Source of the DNA: an uncultured bacterium
GTDB taxonomy: Bacteria > Babelota > Babeliae > Babelales > Vermiphilaceae
NCBI GenBank assembly: GCA_963727255.1
Contig: CAVSFC010000002.1
Location: forward strand, 330,412 to 394,411
DNA length: 64,000 nucleotides
Direction of reading: 5' to 3'
The notes below the pieces were generated by a model. The model saw only the letters and a list, made by a program, of their open reading frames with translations. It was not told the origin of the DNA and searched no databases. Position numbers and translations under genes: made by a program. Shown here piece by piece: positions 19,144 to 29,170 of the stretch (its first letter is position 1; each line of letters starts with the position of its first letter).

Positions 19144-19848
19144 TTAGTGTAATTGTCTCAATAAAATTTCCAATTTCATTAATAATGGCTCTGTTGAAGA
19201 AAGAAAATCAATATAATTTTGAATGATTAACGTTGCCCCGAGGACTCTTTTGCTTTTTTCCATATCAGTAATGTCCAAATTTTTATTAAGTGCCAAAAAA
19301 TGGCCAAGTTTTGTACGCTCATCGGTATTAGCGGGGGGGGGATTAATTACTAGCCCATAGCGTCTCATTTCAGCTTTATATGCCCAAAAAATTTTAGATG
19401 CTAATTCACGGGGATCATTGTTTTTTTTAAAATTTTCTTGTGCTTGCGCAAGATTATGGTCTTTGCATATTTTTTCAAATATAACTTGTGAACAGTATTC
19501 TTTTGATGAGTTATCGAGAGCAAATAAATTCGGTATGACGTAATTATTGCCGTATTTGAGATCGGTTGCGAGGGCTTTAAAAGCGCGCAACGCATTATTT
19601 GCTTCGGGCGCTGCAGAAATACGGTTTATTTCTTCTGCAATTACCAGAGATTGTGCAAAAAGATCATGTACATGGGTATATTTTTCAAACAATTCTCTTT
19701 TGATAAGGAAATCGCGGAATAAGCCTTGTTCTACAATTGGATTGTGATTTGTTAATTCACTAATCCACACATCAAGATCGTTTTTTTCGCTTTCCATGCC
19801 ATTGAGCATTTGGATGCATATGAGAGATGCAAGAATAAATATGCGCAT
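19144..19848 (-). CDS. Secreted hypothetical protein
   Basis: 234 aa, signal MRIFILASLICIQMLNG|MESE. Confidence 0.55.
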   Translation of the reverse strand: MRIFILASLICIQMLNGMESEKNDLDVWISELTNHNPIVEQGLFRDFLIKRELFEKYTHVHDLFAQSLVIAEEINRISAAPEANNALRAFKALATDLKYGNNYVIPNLFALDNSSKEYCSQVIFEKICKDHNLAQAQENFKKNNDPRELASKIFWAYKAEMRRYGLVINPPPANTDERTKLGHFLALNKNLDITDMEKSKRVLGATLIIQNYIDFLSSTEPLLMKLEILLRQLH

Positions 19849-19936
19849 TGCTTCCTCTTTTTGGCAATCATAATACCCTTAAAGTAGTGTTTTTTGCCTT
19901 TGAGGTCAAATGCACAGAGCTCTTTTGATAGATTCT

Positions 19937-21397
19937 TTAAAATGTATTGAGAAACTCAACTGCCAAATTGTTATAGTTTTTTAGTACTGTTGGATTCATT
20001 CGCTTTAGATAAAAGCCCATTGCAGCTAGCCTTGCATTGGATGTAATTATTTTCCTATTTTTAAACACAAAATGCCAATAGAGTGCATCCCAGATCTGGC
20101 ACCAAGGCCCATTTGTATAGGTGCTCATTTTTCTAATATAATGTGATCCGGAAAAATATGGCTTAGTAATCATCAGTCCTCCATCTGCATATTGGCTCAT
20201 GCCATAAACATTGGGCACCATAACCCAATCATAGGCATCAATGAAAAGTTCCATAAACCAGCGATATGCTTGATTCGGATCTATATGGGCCAAGAGCATG
20301 AAATTGCCCAGAATCATTAATCGCTCGATGTGATGCGCATAAGCGGTATGCGTAATTTTTTTTATAGTAGTATCAACCGGATCGATGCCCGTGGTTCCGG
20401 TCCAAAAAGAGGAAGGCAATGTGCGGCTATGGCCAAAAAAATTACTTTCGCGCTGATATTCCCCTTTAACCAAATAAATACCCCGTACAAATTCTCGCCA
20501 GCCAATAATTTGCCTAATAAATCCTTCTAAAGAATTGAGTGGTGTTCGATGCTCTTTGGTGAATTCAAGCGTCGTTTGAATAACATATGCTGGAGTTAAG
20601 AGGCCGATATTCAATGAGGATGAAAGCAAAGAGTGAAATAAGAAGTGCTTTTGCGGATCTATTGCATCTTGATATGGCCCAAAATACGCAAGCCGGTGTT
20701 CCAAAAAATCATGCAGTGCTTTCTTTGCTTGAGCATGATTAGTTGCCCATATAAAATCGTCGGCCAAGCCGGGATTATGAGAAAAATGGTTGGTTATATA
20801 GTTGTGCGCCTCTTTCAAATTAGAGTCTTTTTTTGCATGAAAGATTTCTGGAGTTTGTATATTTTTAGAAAGCTTCTGCCGATTTTCAGCATCAAAGCTC
20901 CAACGCCCTCCAACTGGCTTTGGCCCATGCATCAAGATATTTAAGCGCTTGCGTTGCGCGATATAAAAGCTATTCATGAGATAATGGTCTTGATCTGGCA
21001 ATATATGCGCAAGCCATTGCCGATCGGCCAGAAAGCCTGGGCTTTCATGGATGCGCAAGCGGATGTCATGGATTTCGCACATTTTATTTAACCCTTGTTC
21101 AAGGCGATGATCGTCAAGAGTAGTGCATTCCAAGAGAGAAACTTCATTTTTTTTTAGCAGTAATTCAAATTCAGATTTATCAGAAAATTCAAGATAAAAA
21201 ACTCGATGTCCCTTTTCTTCCAAAAATTTCTGATAGCCCTTCATGCTTGCCCGATGCAATATAAGTTTTTGTTTATGAAAGTGAAATTCAGTAAAAAAAC
21301 GAGGATGCTCGATGAGGAACACCATACTTTTATGAGTCAAAGCCGGGTGATGCTCAAATAGTTGGTTTGGAAAGATGAGTACTGCGGTATGCTTCAT
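19937..21397 (-). CDS. Cryptochrome/photolyase-family protein of the COG3046 / PhrB-CryB ((6-4) photolyase-like) type
   Basis: 486 aa. AVLIFPNQLF, GGRWSFDAENRQKL, HSLLSSSLNIGLLTP, IRQIIGWREFVRG, HHIERLMILGNFMLL, DAYDWVMVPNVYGMSQYADGG, KPYFSGSHYIRKMS. Confidence 0.8.
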   Translation of the reverse strand: MKHTAVLIFPNQLFEHHPALTHKSMVFLIEHPRFFTEFHFHKQKLILHRASMKGYQKFLEEKGHRVFYLEFSDKSEFELLLKKNEVSLLECTTLDDHRLEQGLNKMCEIHDIRLRIHESPGFLADRQWLAHILPDQDHYLMNSFYIAQRKRLNILMHGPKPVGGRWSFDAENRQKLSKNIQTPEIFHAKKDSNLKEAHNYITNHFSHNPGLADDFIWATNHAQAKKALHDFLEHRLAYFGPYQDAIDPQKHFLFHSLLSSSLNIGLLTPAYVIQTTLEFTKEHRTPLNSLEGFIRQIIGWREFVRGIYLVKGEYQRESNFFGHSRTLPSSFWTGTTGIDPVDTTIKKITHTAYAHHIERLMILGNFMLLAHIDPNQAYRWFMELFIDAYDWVMVPNVYGMSQYADGGLMITKPYFSGSHYIRKMSTYTNGPWCQIWDALYWHFVFKNRKIITSNARLAAMGFYLKRMNPTVLKNYNNLAVEFLNTF

Positions 21398-22770
21398 ACA
21401 TTCTTAAACAGTAATTTGGCTTTTGAGCTTTCTTTTGCATGATCAACAATTGGGCGAGGATAGTTTTTTATTGATCCATTTTTCGAATTGTTCCACGTGT
21501 GAATAGTTTTGGCATCGACATTTTTCAATTCAGGAATCCATTGTTTAATATATTTGCATTCTTTATCAAATTTGATTTGCTGAAGCCACGGGTTAAAAAT
21601 CCTAAAATAGGGCTGCGCATCACAACCAGTTGAGGCGCTCCATTGCCAATTGCCATTATTAACGCAAGGATCATAATCAACTAATTGTTGTGCAAAGTAT
21701 CGCTCTCCCCACAGCCAATCAATATGCAAATCTTTCACTAAAAATGATGCAACAATCATGCGGACTCGATTATGCATCCAACCAGTTTCATTTAACTGGC
21801 GCATGCCCGCATCAACAATCGGAAAGCCGGTAGTGCCGGTGCACCATGCTTCAAATTCTGTTTTATTATTTTTCCAGGGCAATTTGTTGTATTTTTCATG
21901 GAATGCATGCCCGAATACTGATGGAAAATGGTAGGCAACATGAGTAAAAAAATCGCGCCAATATAATTGCCTCAATAGGGGATGATTAGGGCCCAATTTT
22001 TCTGCCATTTGCCAGTATACAGAGCGAATTGAAACGGTTCCAAATTTTAGATGTGCAGATAAAAATGATGTTGGCAATTCGGGAAAATCCCGAGTTTTGG
22101 CATAATCTTTAAGGGAATTTATTTTTTTGAGGATTGCCAATGCTTCAGAGCGGCCTCCCTTTATCCATATATTTTTATTCAACGTTGTTAGTATTTTTTT
22201 AAAAATCTCGGTGCCATGACTATCGGGTATAGATTTGCGATAGAAATTATCATGAACCGTGGCTTCAAGCTTTTCTACCGCCAAAGATAATGCGCGCTTA
22301 TAAAATGCAGTAAAGATTGAATAGGGGGTGCCCTTTCCGCTCAAAACCTCTTCTGGCTCATGCAGTAATAAATCATTGTTTGAAGAAAATACCGCACCAT
22401 TTTGAATGCATAGTTTCTCGAGCGTTTCATCCCGCTTGCGGCTGAAAGGGGTATAGTCTCGGTTAACAAATGCCGCATCAATATTTTGCGTAGAAATTAA
22501 TTTTTTGATTATTTGATGCGTATCGCCATAAAAGATATATAACTGGCTTCCCTTTTGTTTGAGCTGTTCATCGAGTTCATGCAGGCTCTGCAGCATGAAT
22601 TGAATGGAATTCATGCTGCGATAGGGATTTTTGCTGCCTATTTGGATTGGATCAAAAATAAAGCACGGCACAACTTCTTTACTTTCATGCAAAGCACGTA
22701 AGAGCCCGCGATTATCATAAATTCTGAGATCGCGGCGAAAAATAAATAACGATTTTTGGTGTTGCTTCAT
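21394..22770 (-). CDS. phr: Deoxyribodipyrimidine (CPD) photolyase, class I / DASH-like
   Basis: 458 aa. LFIFRRDLRIYDN, WRDFF, TGFPIVDAGMRQLNETGWMHNRVRMIVASFLVKDL, DYDPCVNNGNWQWSASTGCDAQPYFRIFNP. ATGA overlap with the downstream photolyase-like gene. Confidence 0.9.
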   Translation of the reverse strand: MKQHQKSLFIFRRDLRIYDNRGLLRALHESKEVVPCFIFDPIQIGSKNPYRSMNSIQFMLQSLHELDEQLKQKGSQLYIFYGDTHQIIKKLISTQNIDAAFVNRDYTPFSRKRDETLEKLCIQNGAVFSSNNDLLLHEPEEVLSGKGTPYSIFTAFYKRALSLAVEKLEATVHDNFYRKSIPDSHGTEIFKKILTTLNKNIWIKGGRSEALAILKKINSLKDYAKTRDFPELPTSFLSAHLKFGTVSIRSVYWQMAEKLGPNHPLLRQLYWRDFFTHVAYHFPSVFGHAFHEKYNKLPWKNNKTEFEAWCTGTTGFPIVDAGMRQLNETGWMHNRVRMIVASFLVKDLHIDWLWGERYFAQQLVDYDPCVNNGNWQWSASTGCDAQPYFRIFNPWLQQIKFDKECKYIKQWIPELKNVDAKTIHTWNNSKNGSIKNYPRPIVDHAKESSKAKLLFKNV

Positions 22771-22777
22771 GATAAGA

Positions 22778-23152
22778 TCAGTTTTTGGCAGGAGTTTTGG
22801 ATTCCAAATGGTCTATTAATTCTGGCATCTCATCGCTATCATAGAAAAAAGCATCGGGATTTGCTTTTATATTGCTCACTAAATTATAATGATTAACTGA
22901 AGCAGATTGTGATGGTTTAGGATTTGTTCTAAAACGTGATAATTTTCGCGCTGAAAGTGATTCGGTATTTTCATCAAATTCATGCCAGTCATCATGATCG
23001 TCATGATCTTTATATGTTTTAAGAGCTTGCGGTTTTTGTGTATCGGCTTCGATTGATTTTTTTTCTTCATCAAATTTTTTTTGGGTATCTTGATTCATCG
23101 TATGGCATGTGGCTGCAGATATCACCATTAAGATTGCTAATAAATTTCTCAT
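22778..23152 (-). CDS. Small secreted acidic/His-rich hypothetical protein
   Basis: 124 aa, signal ..SAATCHT|MNQD. Contains a KDHDDHDDWHEFDE stretch. Confidence 0.5.
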   Translation of the reverse strand: MRNLLAILMVISAATCHTMNQDTQKKFDEEKKSIEADTQKPQALKTYKDHDDHDDWHEFDENTESLSARKLSRFRTNPKPSQSASVNHYNLVSNIKANPDAFFYDSDEMPELIDHLESKTPAKN

Positions 23153-23257
23153 TGAGTTCCTTTTTCCTCTTTTACAATTAAATACTTTGTGCGTGTATTG
23201 AGCATAAGGCAGTTATCAAACATCCGCGACTATTATTTTTTTAAACATTTATTCTCG

Positions 23258-24130
23258 TTATATATTCAGCTGGGGTTGCGTTACAAATTGTTTTGGAAGA
23301 TATTCAGCTGGTTTTTCAAACATTCCGGCTAGCTCCATCGCACGGGCCAAGCGAGTGAGACCAATTCCAGCGCCAAAACGTTTAAACATATCAAATGATA
23401 AATATTCATCAAGCTCTTTAAGCACGCGCTCTCTGCCAAATCTATTAAAAAGCAGTTGCGAATATTTGCCTTGAGTCATGGCAAAAAAGCCTTCCCGCAT
23501 CTTTTCCTTATCGGTTTCGCGCTCTGCGCCCCCAATCGTTTCCATGCCATGCAATAAGACATCTATTTTATTATAAACTCCGTTGCCACTATATTTCATG
23601 TTCCAAAAAGGATGAGTGCGTGAAGGGAATTTTTCAAGACTTATAACGGTGCTAATTTCATTAGCCAGCACTGTTTCATGATGGGCTTCGATCGTTTCAG
23701 TCTCATATTTTTTGCAGGCATCTTCATATAAAATTGGAATTGGTTGCTCAAAACCTAAAAATAAAAGCAGCTCTTCTTCAAGTTGCTTGAGTTCATTAAA
23801 CCCTCCGTGCGATTCGAACTCAAACATCGGAAAAATGCGAAGATGGCGGCCTTCTATCGGATTTGGTTCATCCCGATAACTGGTTGTAACACAAAAAACC
23901 CCTTTCCAGTCAGGATTGAGGAGAATTTCATGCTCGAGCCACATCTGCCCAGTTTGCGGAAGGGGATATGGAGTATTATTTAAAGTGAATTCGGTAATGG
24001 TTCTCGGATCTTCACAGGCAGCCAAAATTGAAAGGCGAGATTGCGCAGGAACTTCTATGAACCCTTTTTTTTCTTGGAAAAAATAGCGCAACGCACGGAC
24101 CATAGAGTTATAATGAAGCGTGTTCTTCAT
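23258..24130 (-). CDS. Stand-alone class II aminoacyl-tRNA-synthetase-like catalytic core (AsnRS/AspRS-type; possibly archaeal-type asparagine synthetase A-like)
   Basis: 290 aa with no anticodon-binding domain. Motif-2-like TSYRDEPNPIEGRHLRIFPMFEFE, then GMETIGGAERETD, and motif-3-like FGAGIGLTRLARAM. Confidence 0.55.
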   Translation of the reverse strand: MKNTLHYNSMVRALRYFFQEKKGFIEVPAQSRLSILAACEDPRTITEFTLNNTPYPLPQTGQMWLEHEILLNPDWKGVFCVTTSYRDEPNPIEGRHLRIFPMFEFESHGGFNELKQLEEELLLFLGFEQPIPILYEDACKKYETETIEAHHETVLANEISTVISLEKFPSRTHPFWNMKYSGNGVYNKIDVLLHGMETIGGAERETDKEKMREGFFAMTQGKYSQLLFNRFGRERVLKELDEYLSFDMFKRFGAGIGLTRLARAMELAGMFEKPAEYLPKQFVTQPQLNI

Positions 24131-24277
24131 TTTCTTTCCCCTTTTTTTGAGAATTCGTTAAAAGACCACAAATTCCTCAAAATCTATCGGAAAAACGTTA
24201 ACCTTGTCAAAGGGATATAAAAGATTGTAAATTTTTCAGCTATTGATGCATAATTTTTTTAAAAAAAGGAGAAGAGT

Positions 24278-24739
24278 TTGAAAATTATAAGTAACCGCGT
24301 GAATTATGGAGTTCTTATTTTTATAAATGGGCTTTATGGAATGCAATCGCCTGAAACCAGCATTATCCATCAGCAGAAAAATGCTATTAAAACGCTTGCA
24401 TCTTCTGCGCAAAAAATTACAGAAAAGGATATCCGTGATGCCAGCAAATGTTTAGATGATTCACTGTTTGAAGAAACAATCGATGTAAAATTTCTAGAAA
24501 CTTTAAATGCGGCGCTTTTTAGGCTTGCACAAACTGCTATTGCTATGGATGAAGAAAAAATTAAAATTGCAAAAATTTTGACAGAAATGGGAGCAAGCCC
24601 TTTGGCGCAATTTTCTATTGAGGAAACTTTATCAATAGAAAAAGGATCTCAATATGCTCAAACATCACATAGTTTTCAATCGGATGCAAAAAGAGAAGCC
24701 AAAGGGAAGCTCAAAGAATATTTAGATTCGCTCAAATGA
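24278..24739 (+). CDS. Secreted hypothetical protein (TTG start)
   Basis: 153 aa, signal-like ..VLIFINGLYG|MQSP. Confidence 0.5.
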   Translation: MKIISNRVNYGVLIFINGLYGMQSPETSIIHQQKNAIKTLASSAQKITEKDIRDASKCLDDSLFEETIDVKFLETLNAALFRLAQTAIAMDEEKIKIAKILTEMGASPLAQFSIEETLSIEKGSQYAQTSHSFQSDAKREAKGKLKEYLDSLK

Positions 24740-24742
24740 AAA

Positions 24743-24768
24743 AAGGCTGAAGGAAATACTTCAGCCTT
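24743..24768. terminator. Bidirectional Rho-independent terminator between convergent genes (best for deaD on the minus strand)
   Basis: aaggctgaag-gaaata-cttcagcctt is a perfect 10-bp stem. An A6 run on the plus side (24739-24744) gives a T-tail on the minus strand. Confidence 0.6.
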
Positions 24769-24784
24769 TGAGATTCTAAATCAA

Positions 24785-26493
24785 TTAGTAGCGTCTACGG
24801 CCACGGTCGCCACCACGGCGTCCTCCACGATCACGATCACCTCTTCTTCCGCCACGGCGGTCACGAGGATTTGAGCCCCAATCATCATCTGAAACGGGTG
24901 CTACGGTGATGCGAGTTTTTTTGCCGTTGATACTTTTGCCCTTAAGTTTTTGCATTAAAGCTTCTGCCATTTCAGCAGGAAGTTTAATAAAGGTACGGCG
25001 TTTGATTACTTTGAGTTTTTCAAGGCTATCGCTATCAATGCCGCCTTCTTGAGCAAGGAAATCTGCAACATCTTCACGAGAGATACCATCATCGGTTCCC
25101 AAGTGAATCATGAGTTCTTGCAAGCCATCATCAGCAACGTGGCCATCTTCAAATGATTGGTTGCTGATGTTGGTAAAGTGAAAATCATCTTTTCTGGTTG
25201 CCGGGAAGAATTTTTCTGCCACTGTTGCAATTACAATATTAGTTAATTCTACTGGCTCAAAGCAGCGGACTGCTGCTTCAATCTCGGGCGCAACGGTGCT
25301 ATTTTTTTGTGCGAGCGTTTCAAGATAATCGCACGCTCTTTTGCAGATATACTTTTTGAATATCTTGAGCAGTTGGCACATCGATTGGGTTAATAATCAA
25401 TTTAAATTTGCGTTCAAGCATTTTAACATGGCGCAATTCATTTTTGCCACCAATGAAAGTGATTGCGATACCTTCTTTTCCTGCGCGGCCGGTTCTACCA
25501 ATACGGTGAACATAGCCTTCATGATCATTCGGAAGTGAATAGTTGATTACATGGGTAAGATCGGAAACGTCAATTCCGCGGGCAGCCACATCAGTTGCTA
25601 CCAAGATGTTAAATTCTTTATTTTTGAATTTTTTAATTACCGCATTTCGCAATCCTTGGCTCATATCACCATGGAGTGCATTTGCGGGATAACCGGCTGC
25701 TGCTAATTTTTCTGCTAATTCAGCGGTTAAAATTTTGGTTTGGCAGAAGATAAAGCCATAAAAGCTTGGATTGCTATCAATAAAGCGGCATAATGCTGCA
25801 AAGCGATTTCTATGAGGAACCATAGAAAAATATTGCTTGGTATTTGAAGCGCCAACTTGTTGTTTGCTTGCGCTCACGCTTACGGTGTTTTGCATATGTT
25901 CATGCATAATCTGATTAATGCCGGGTTTAACCGTTGCAGAGAAAAGCCAAATTTGGCGTTCATCCGGAGCTGCTGCTAAAATCTCATCCATTTCTTCTTT
26001 AAAGCCCATATCAAGCATGATATCTGCTTCATCAAGCACGAGTGTTTTTAAATGAGCAAGAGAGAGCGTTTTGCGATTTAAGTGATCATTAATACGGCCG
26101 GGAGTTCCGACTACAATATGAAGGCCCCTTTTGAGGGAGTTAATTTGATCACGCATTGAAGCGCCACCATAAATGGCATCAACAGCTGATGCCCATAGGC
26201 TGGGCAATCGGACGTAAACTTTGCATAATTTGGACCACCAATTCTCGGGTTGGAGCCACAATAAGAGCCTGAAGGCGTCTTATCTGCGGGTTAATACCAT
26301 GAATTAAAGGGATACCAAAAGCAAGGGTTTTACCCGTACCGGTTTGGGCTTGTCCCCAGAAATCGACTCTTTTGGAGCCTAAAAGCATAGGGATAGCTTT
26401 ACCTTGAATATCGGTAGGCTGGGTGAAGCCAAGACCATCAAGGGTAGTTAAAATTTGGGGATGTAAAGGGAGTTCCTTAAAGGAAGTAATCAT
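24785..26493 (-). pseudogene. deaD: DEAD-box RNA helicase (DeaD/CsdA-like) with a DbpA-type RNA-binding domain and RGG tail; split by two frameshifts (about 26185-26260 and about 25330-25380)
   Basis: Q-motif/motif I ..GFTQPTDIQ..AQTGTGKTLAF, PTRELVVQI, VLDEADIMLDMGF, LFSAT, ILVATDVAARGIDV, YVHRIGRTGRAG. C-terminus RDRRGGRRGDRDRGGRRGGDRGRRRY. The three ORF pieces overlap end to end. Confidence 0.85.
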
Positions 26494-26839
26494 AAATTAC
26501 TCTTATATTATTAGGGTTTATGGCCATTAAAGCCGCTTGTGATAGCGATTATCGACGATACTTATGCTGTTAAGCGCTAGGGCACCGCTATCACTGCCCT
26601 AATAGTATTATTACCACCCTAATACAGATAGAAAACTTTGTCAAGGCCAAAATGAGCTAGAATTAAGGCTTTTTGGGCTTTTTTTGAGTAAAATCAAGTA
26701 AGTTTTATGATTGTTGCAATTTGACAAATGTAAAACTAGGTTTTGGCGACTCCTGAGCGGTTTCGTCCTTATTAGACAAATGGCATATTGCTCAGTAAAA
26801 TTGCATGATTAATTAAATCTTAACCAACAGGATAATTTC

Positions 26840-27163
26840 ATGAAGAATCAAAATATAAAAACTCTTATTTTAGGCAGTGCGTTATTTGGATCAATCAGTT
26901 ATGCCATGGAGCTATCTGAAACCAATAACTGGACTATTAACTCTTTTAGTGAATTTGCAAATCGCATAAATGGCGTGAAAACATATCCGGAGCATTATTA
27001 TGATTTTACTCATGATGAACAAGGTAAGCTCATTGATGATAAAGATAAATTTAAGGAGAAAACAAAAGATTTAGATAGCGCATTAGATCAACAATTTGGG
27101 ATATTTCAAAAAAAATGCATAGAGCTCTTCTCTTGCAACAACAAGAAAGTGAAAAGCCGATAG
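26840..27163 (+). CDS. Signal-peptide-bearing ORF, probably the 5' part of the downstream phosphatase gene (joined by +1 A in the A8 run 27108-27115)
   Basis: MKNQNIKTLILGSALFGSISYA|MELS. With nine A's the frame reads ..FGIFQKKMHRALLLQQQESEKP.. into 27115-28689. Confidence 0.45.
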   Translation: MKNQNIKTLILGSALFGSISYAMELSETNNWTINSFSEFANRINGVKTYPEHYYDFTHDEQGKLIDDKDKFKEKTKDLDSALDQQFGIFQKKCIELFSCNNKKVKSR

Positions 27164-28689
27164 TTTCTTTGCAAGAATTGCTCAAAGCAGTCGATGAAAC
27201 TGCGGAAGTAGTTGGCGAGCGAGTAAGCAGTTCGCAATGGATAGATGCTGCTCTAGAAAAAGGTTTTTTTACCCAGCCGGTACCCAAGATTCGGTTTTCG
27301 CCAATACATTATAAATATTATGTGCCATTCGAAAAAACGCTTATTCTTGGTGATGATGAAACACCTGTTTTTTTTGGCGATCTGCATGGAGGAGCCAAAT
27401 CTTTAGTTGAGAGTATAAAAAAATATATTAATCCTGACTCATTCAAATTAAAAGATGAAAAAACTCACTTAGTCTTTCTGGGTGATTTAGTAGATTGCGG
27501 AACAAGAGGAACGGAAGTTCTTTATCTCTTGAATCGTTTATTAAAAGAAAATGAAAATGTGCATGTTATACGCGGTAATCATGAAGATATTCAGCTCAAC
27601 AACGAGCAAGGTTTTAGGGATGAATTAAAAATAAAATATCCAGGGATAGTAACCGAGGAAGTTGCAAATAAAATTGCACGATTTTATGATTTTCTTCCAA
27701 GTGCATTGTGGGTCGGGCAACGGCGATTTAGCCCAACGGCGCGCAGAATAATGCCACTATTGAAGCATTTTGTTGATTGGCGATTGGCTTGCCACGGTGG
27801 AATTGAATTAGGCGATGCAAATGTTGCTCAATTATTAGCAGCTACAAATAAAATCGCCTTTAAACATATTGGTCAATTAGCAGAGGATTCAGCTTTTGCA
27901 CATACTGTGATAATTGACCGAAAAAGTAATTTTGAAAAATTGCCAAAAAAACTCCAAAAAACAATTCAAGATGCTTTTAAGGGTAATGATATTCTTCAAC
28001 GACAATTACGCAAATTTATTCCGATCAGCCCTCAAAGTGGGTATGTGGAGCATAATGAAAAAGTTGGAGTTGGAGATAAAGAAATGGAAGTGCTTAGCCG
28101 AAATCCAAGATATTACGAAGATGGCAGCATGAGCAATGGGTACAATTGGAATCTTTTTAATGAAGATGAAGGCCATTATGCAACTCCTCTCTCTATTGTA
28201 GAACCCATGGCATATGCTTGGAAATATAATCAACTTTTTACAGCCTCTGTTTTTTCATTATTTGGTACTTGGCGCCATAGAATAGTGGGCATATTCCGCG
28301 GACATCAACATGTTAATAACACCAAAGAGTATAATCAATGGCCATTAATGGAGCAGATAATAAATAATAATGGTGTGTTTACTATGGGGCAAAAAACAAA
28401 TGAGCAAAATGCGGCCATAAAGCGCAATGCAATTACCACATTAGGTGTAGCTCCTGATACAGAATATGGAATTCCAGATAGACCGCATCCTAACTCGCCT
28501 AAACGCTACCCTGGGGTGTATTCATATACCGCTTTTAAATTAAAACCAGTTCATGGGTATCTATTCTCAACGTTAAAAGCAGAAAAAGTGAAAATTGATA
28601 TTTTGCCTCAGTATTTAATAGATGAGCAAATGGAAATTATGAATGATAACAAGCAAGTTGATCTGCTTAGTATGATTTCAAAGATGTGA
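27115..28689 (+). CDS. PPP-family (eukaryotic-like) Ser/Thr protein phosphatase / metallophosphoesterase
   Basis: 524 aa. GDLHGG, GDLVDCG (GDxVDRG variant), RGNHED, ACHGGIE, FRGHQH, in the canonical order. Confidence 0.75.
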   Translation: MHRALLLQQQESEKPIVSLQELLKAVDETAEVVGERVSSSQWIDAALEKGFFTQPVPKIRFSPIHYKYYVPFEKTLILGDDETPVFFGDLHGGAKSLVESIKKYINPDSFKLKDEKTHLVFLGDLVDCGTRGTEVLYLLNRLLKENENVHVIRGNHEDIQLNNEQGFRDELKIKYPGIVTEEVANKIARFYDFLPSALWVGQRRFSPTARRIMPLLKHFVDWRLACHGGIELGDANVAQLLAATNKIAFKHIGQLAEDSAFAHTVIIDRKSNFEKLPKKLQKTIQDAFKGNDILQRQLRKFIPISPQSGYVEHNEKVGVGDKEMEVLSRNPRYYEDGSMSNGYNWNLFNEDEGHYATPLSIVEPMAYAWKYNQLFTASVFSLFGTWRHRIVGIFRGHQHVNNTKEYNQWPLMEQIINNNGVFTMGQKTNEQNAAIKRNAITTLGVAPDTEYGIPDRPHPNSPKRYPGVYSYTAFKLKPVHGYLFSTLKAEKVKIDILPQYLIDEQMEIMNDNKQVDLLSMISKM

Positions 28690-28769
28690 ACGAATGATTT
28701 TAATGGATCGATTATAAATTTCAGAGCTTTGAAGAATTCTGACCGGACTTAAAACCCGGGCAAGTTTTT

Positions 28770-29033
28770 TCATTTATCTTTTCTTGGGCTTTGCGGGTCT
28801 TTCTCAAAAATGTCATCAATTTTTGAGCTGTTATCAGAGGCTTGCTTTTTTGCGGCCGAGATTTGTTCTGTATATAATTTTGCAATTTCATCTTGAGTCA
28901 TATGCTTTATACCGGGAAATGAATGGATCAATGAATCTTCCGGGACCGGCGGTTTAGCAGGAGGAAGTGAGGCTTTGCTCACGTTAGTTGCAAGCAGTAC
29001 GAATAGAGCCAAAATTTGATACTGAGTTTTCAT
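28770..29033 (-). CDS. Small secreted hypothetical protein
   Basis: 87 aa, MKTQYQILALFVLLATNVSKA signal. Confidence 0.45.
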   Translation of the reverse strand: MKTQYQILALFVLLATNVSKASLPPAKPPVPEDSLIHSFPGIKHMTQDEIAKLYTEQISAAKKQASDNSSKIDDIFEKDPQSPRKDK

Positions 29034-29170
29034 AGAATATCCTTTTTAGTGTAAAAATAGCGTATTTTATGCCCATTTTCAATTGGCTCATGCTGCAGAT
29101 AAAATATCTCAATGAATTTTTTTGGGTATAATAAAATAGAAAAAATAATCTTAACTTCCAAGAGATCACT

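Noticed and set aside
26494-26839. Long structured leader upstream of deaD (gtgatagcg..cgctatcac, tagggc..gcccta pairings) as a riboswitch or ncRNA
   Set aside because: Long 5' UTRs are normal for cold-shock DEAD-box helicase genes. I recognise no known riboswitch consensus, and the evidence is too thin for a feature call.
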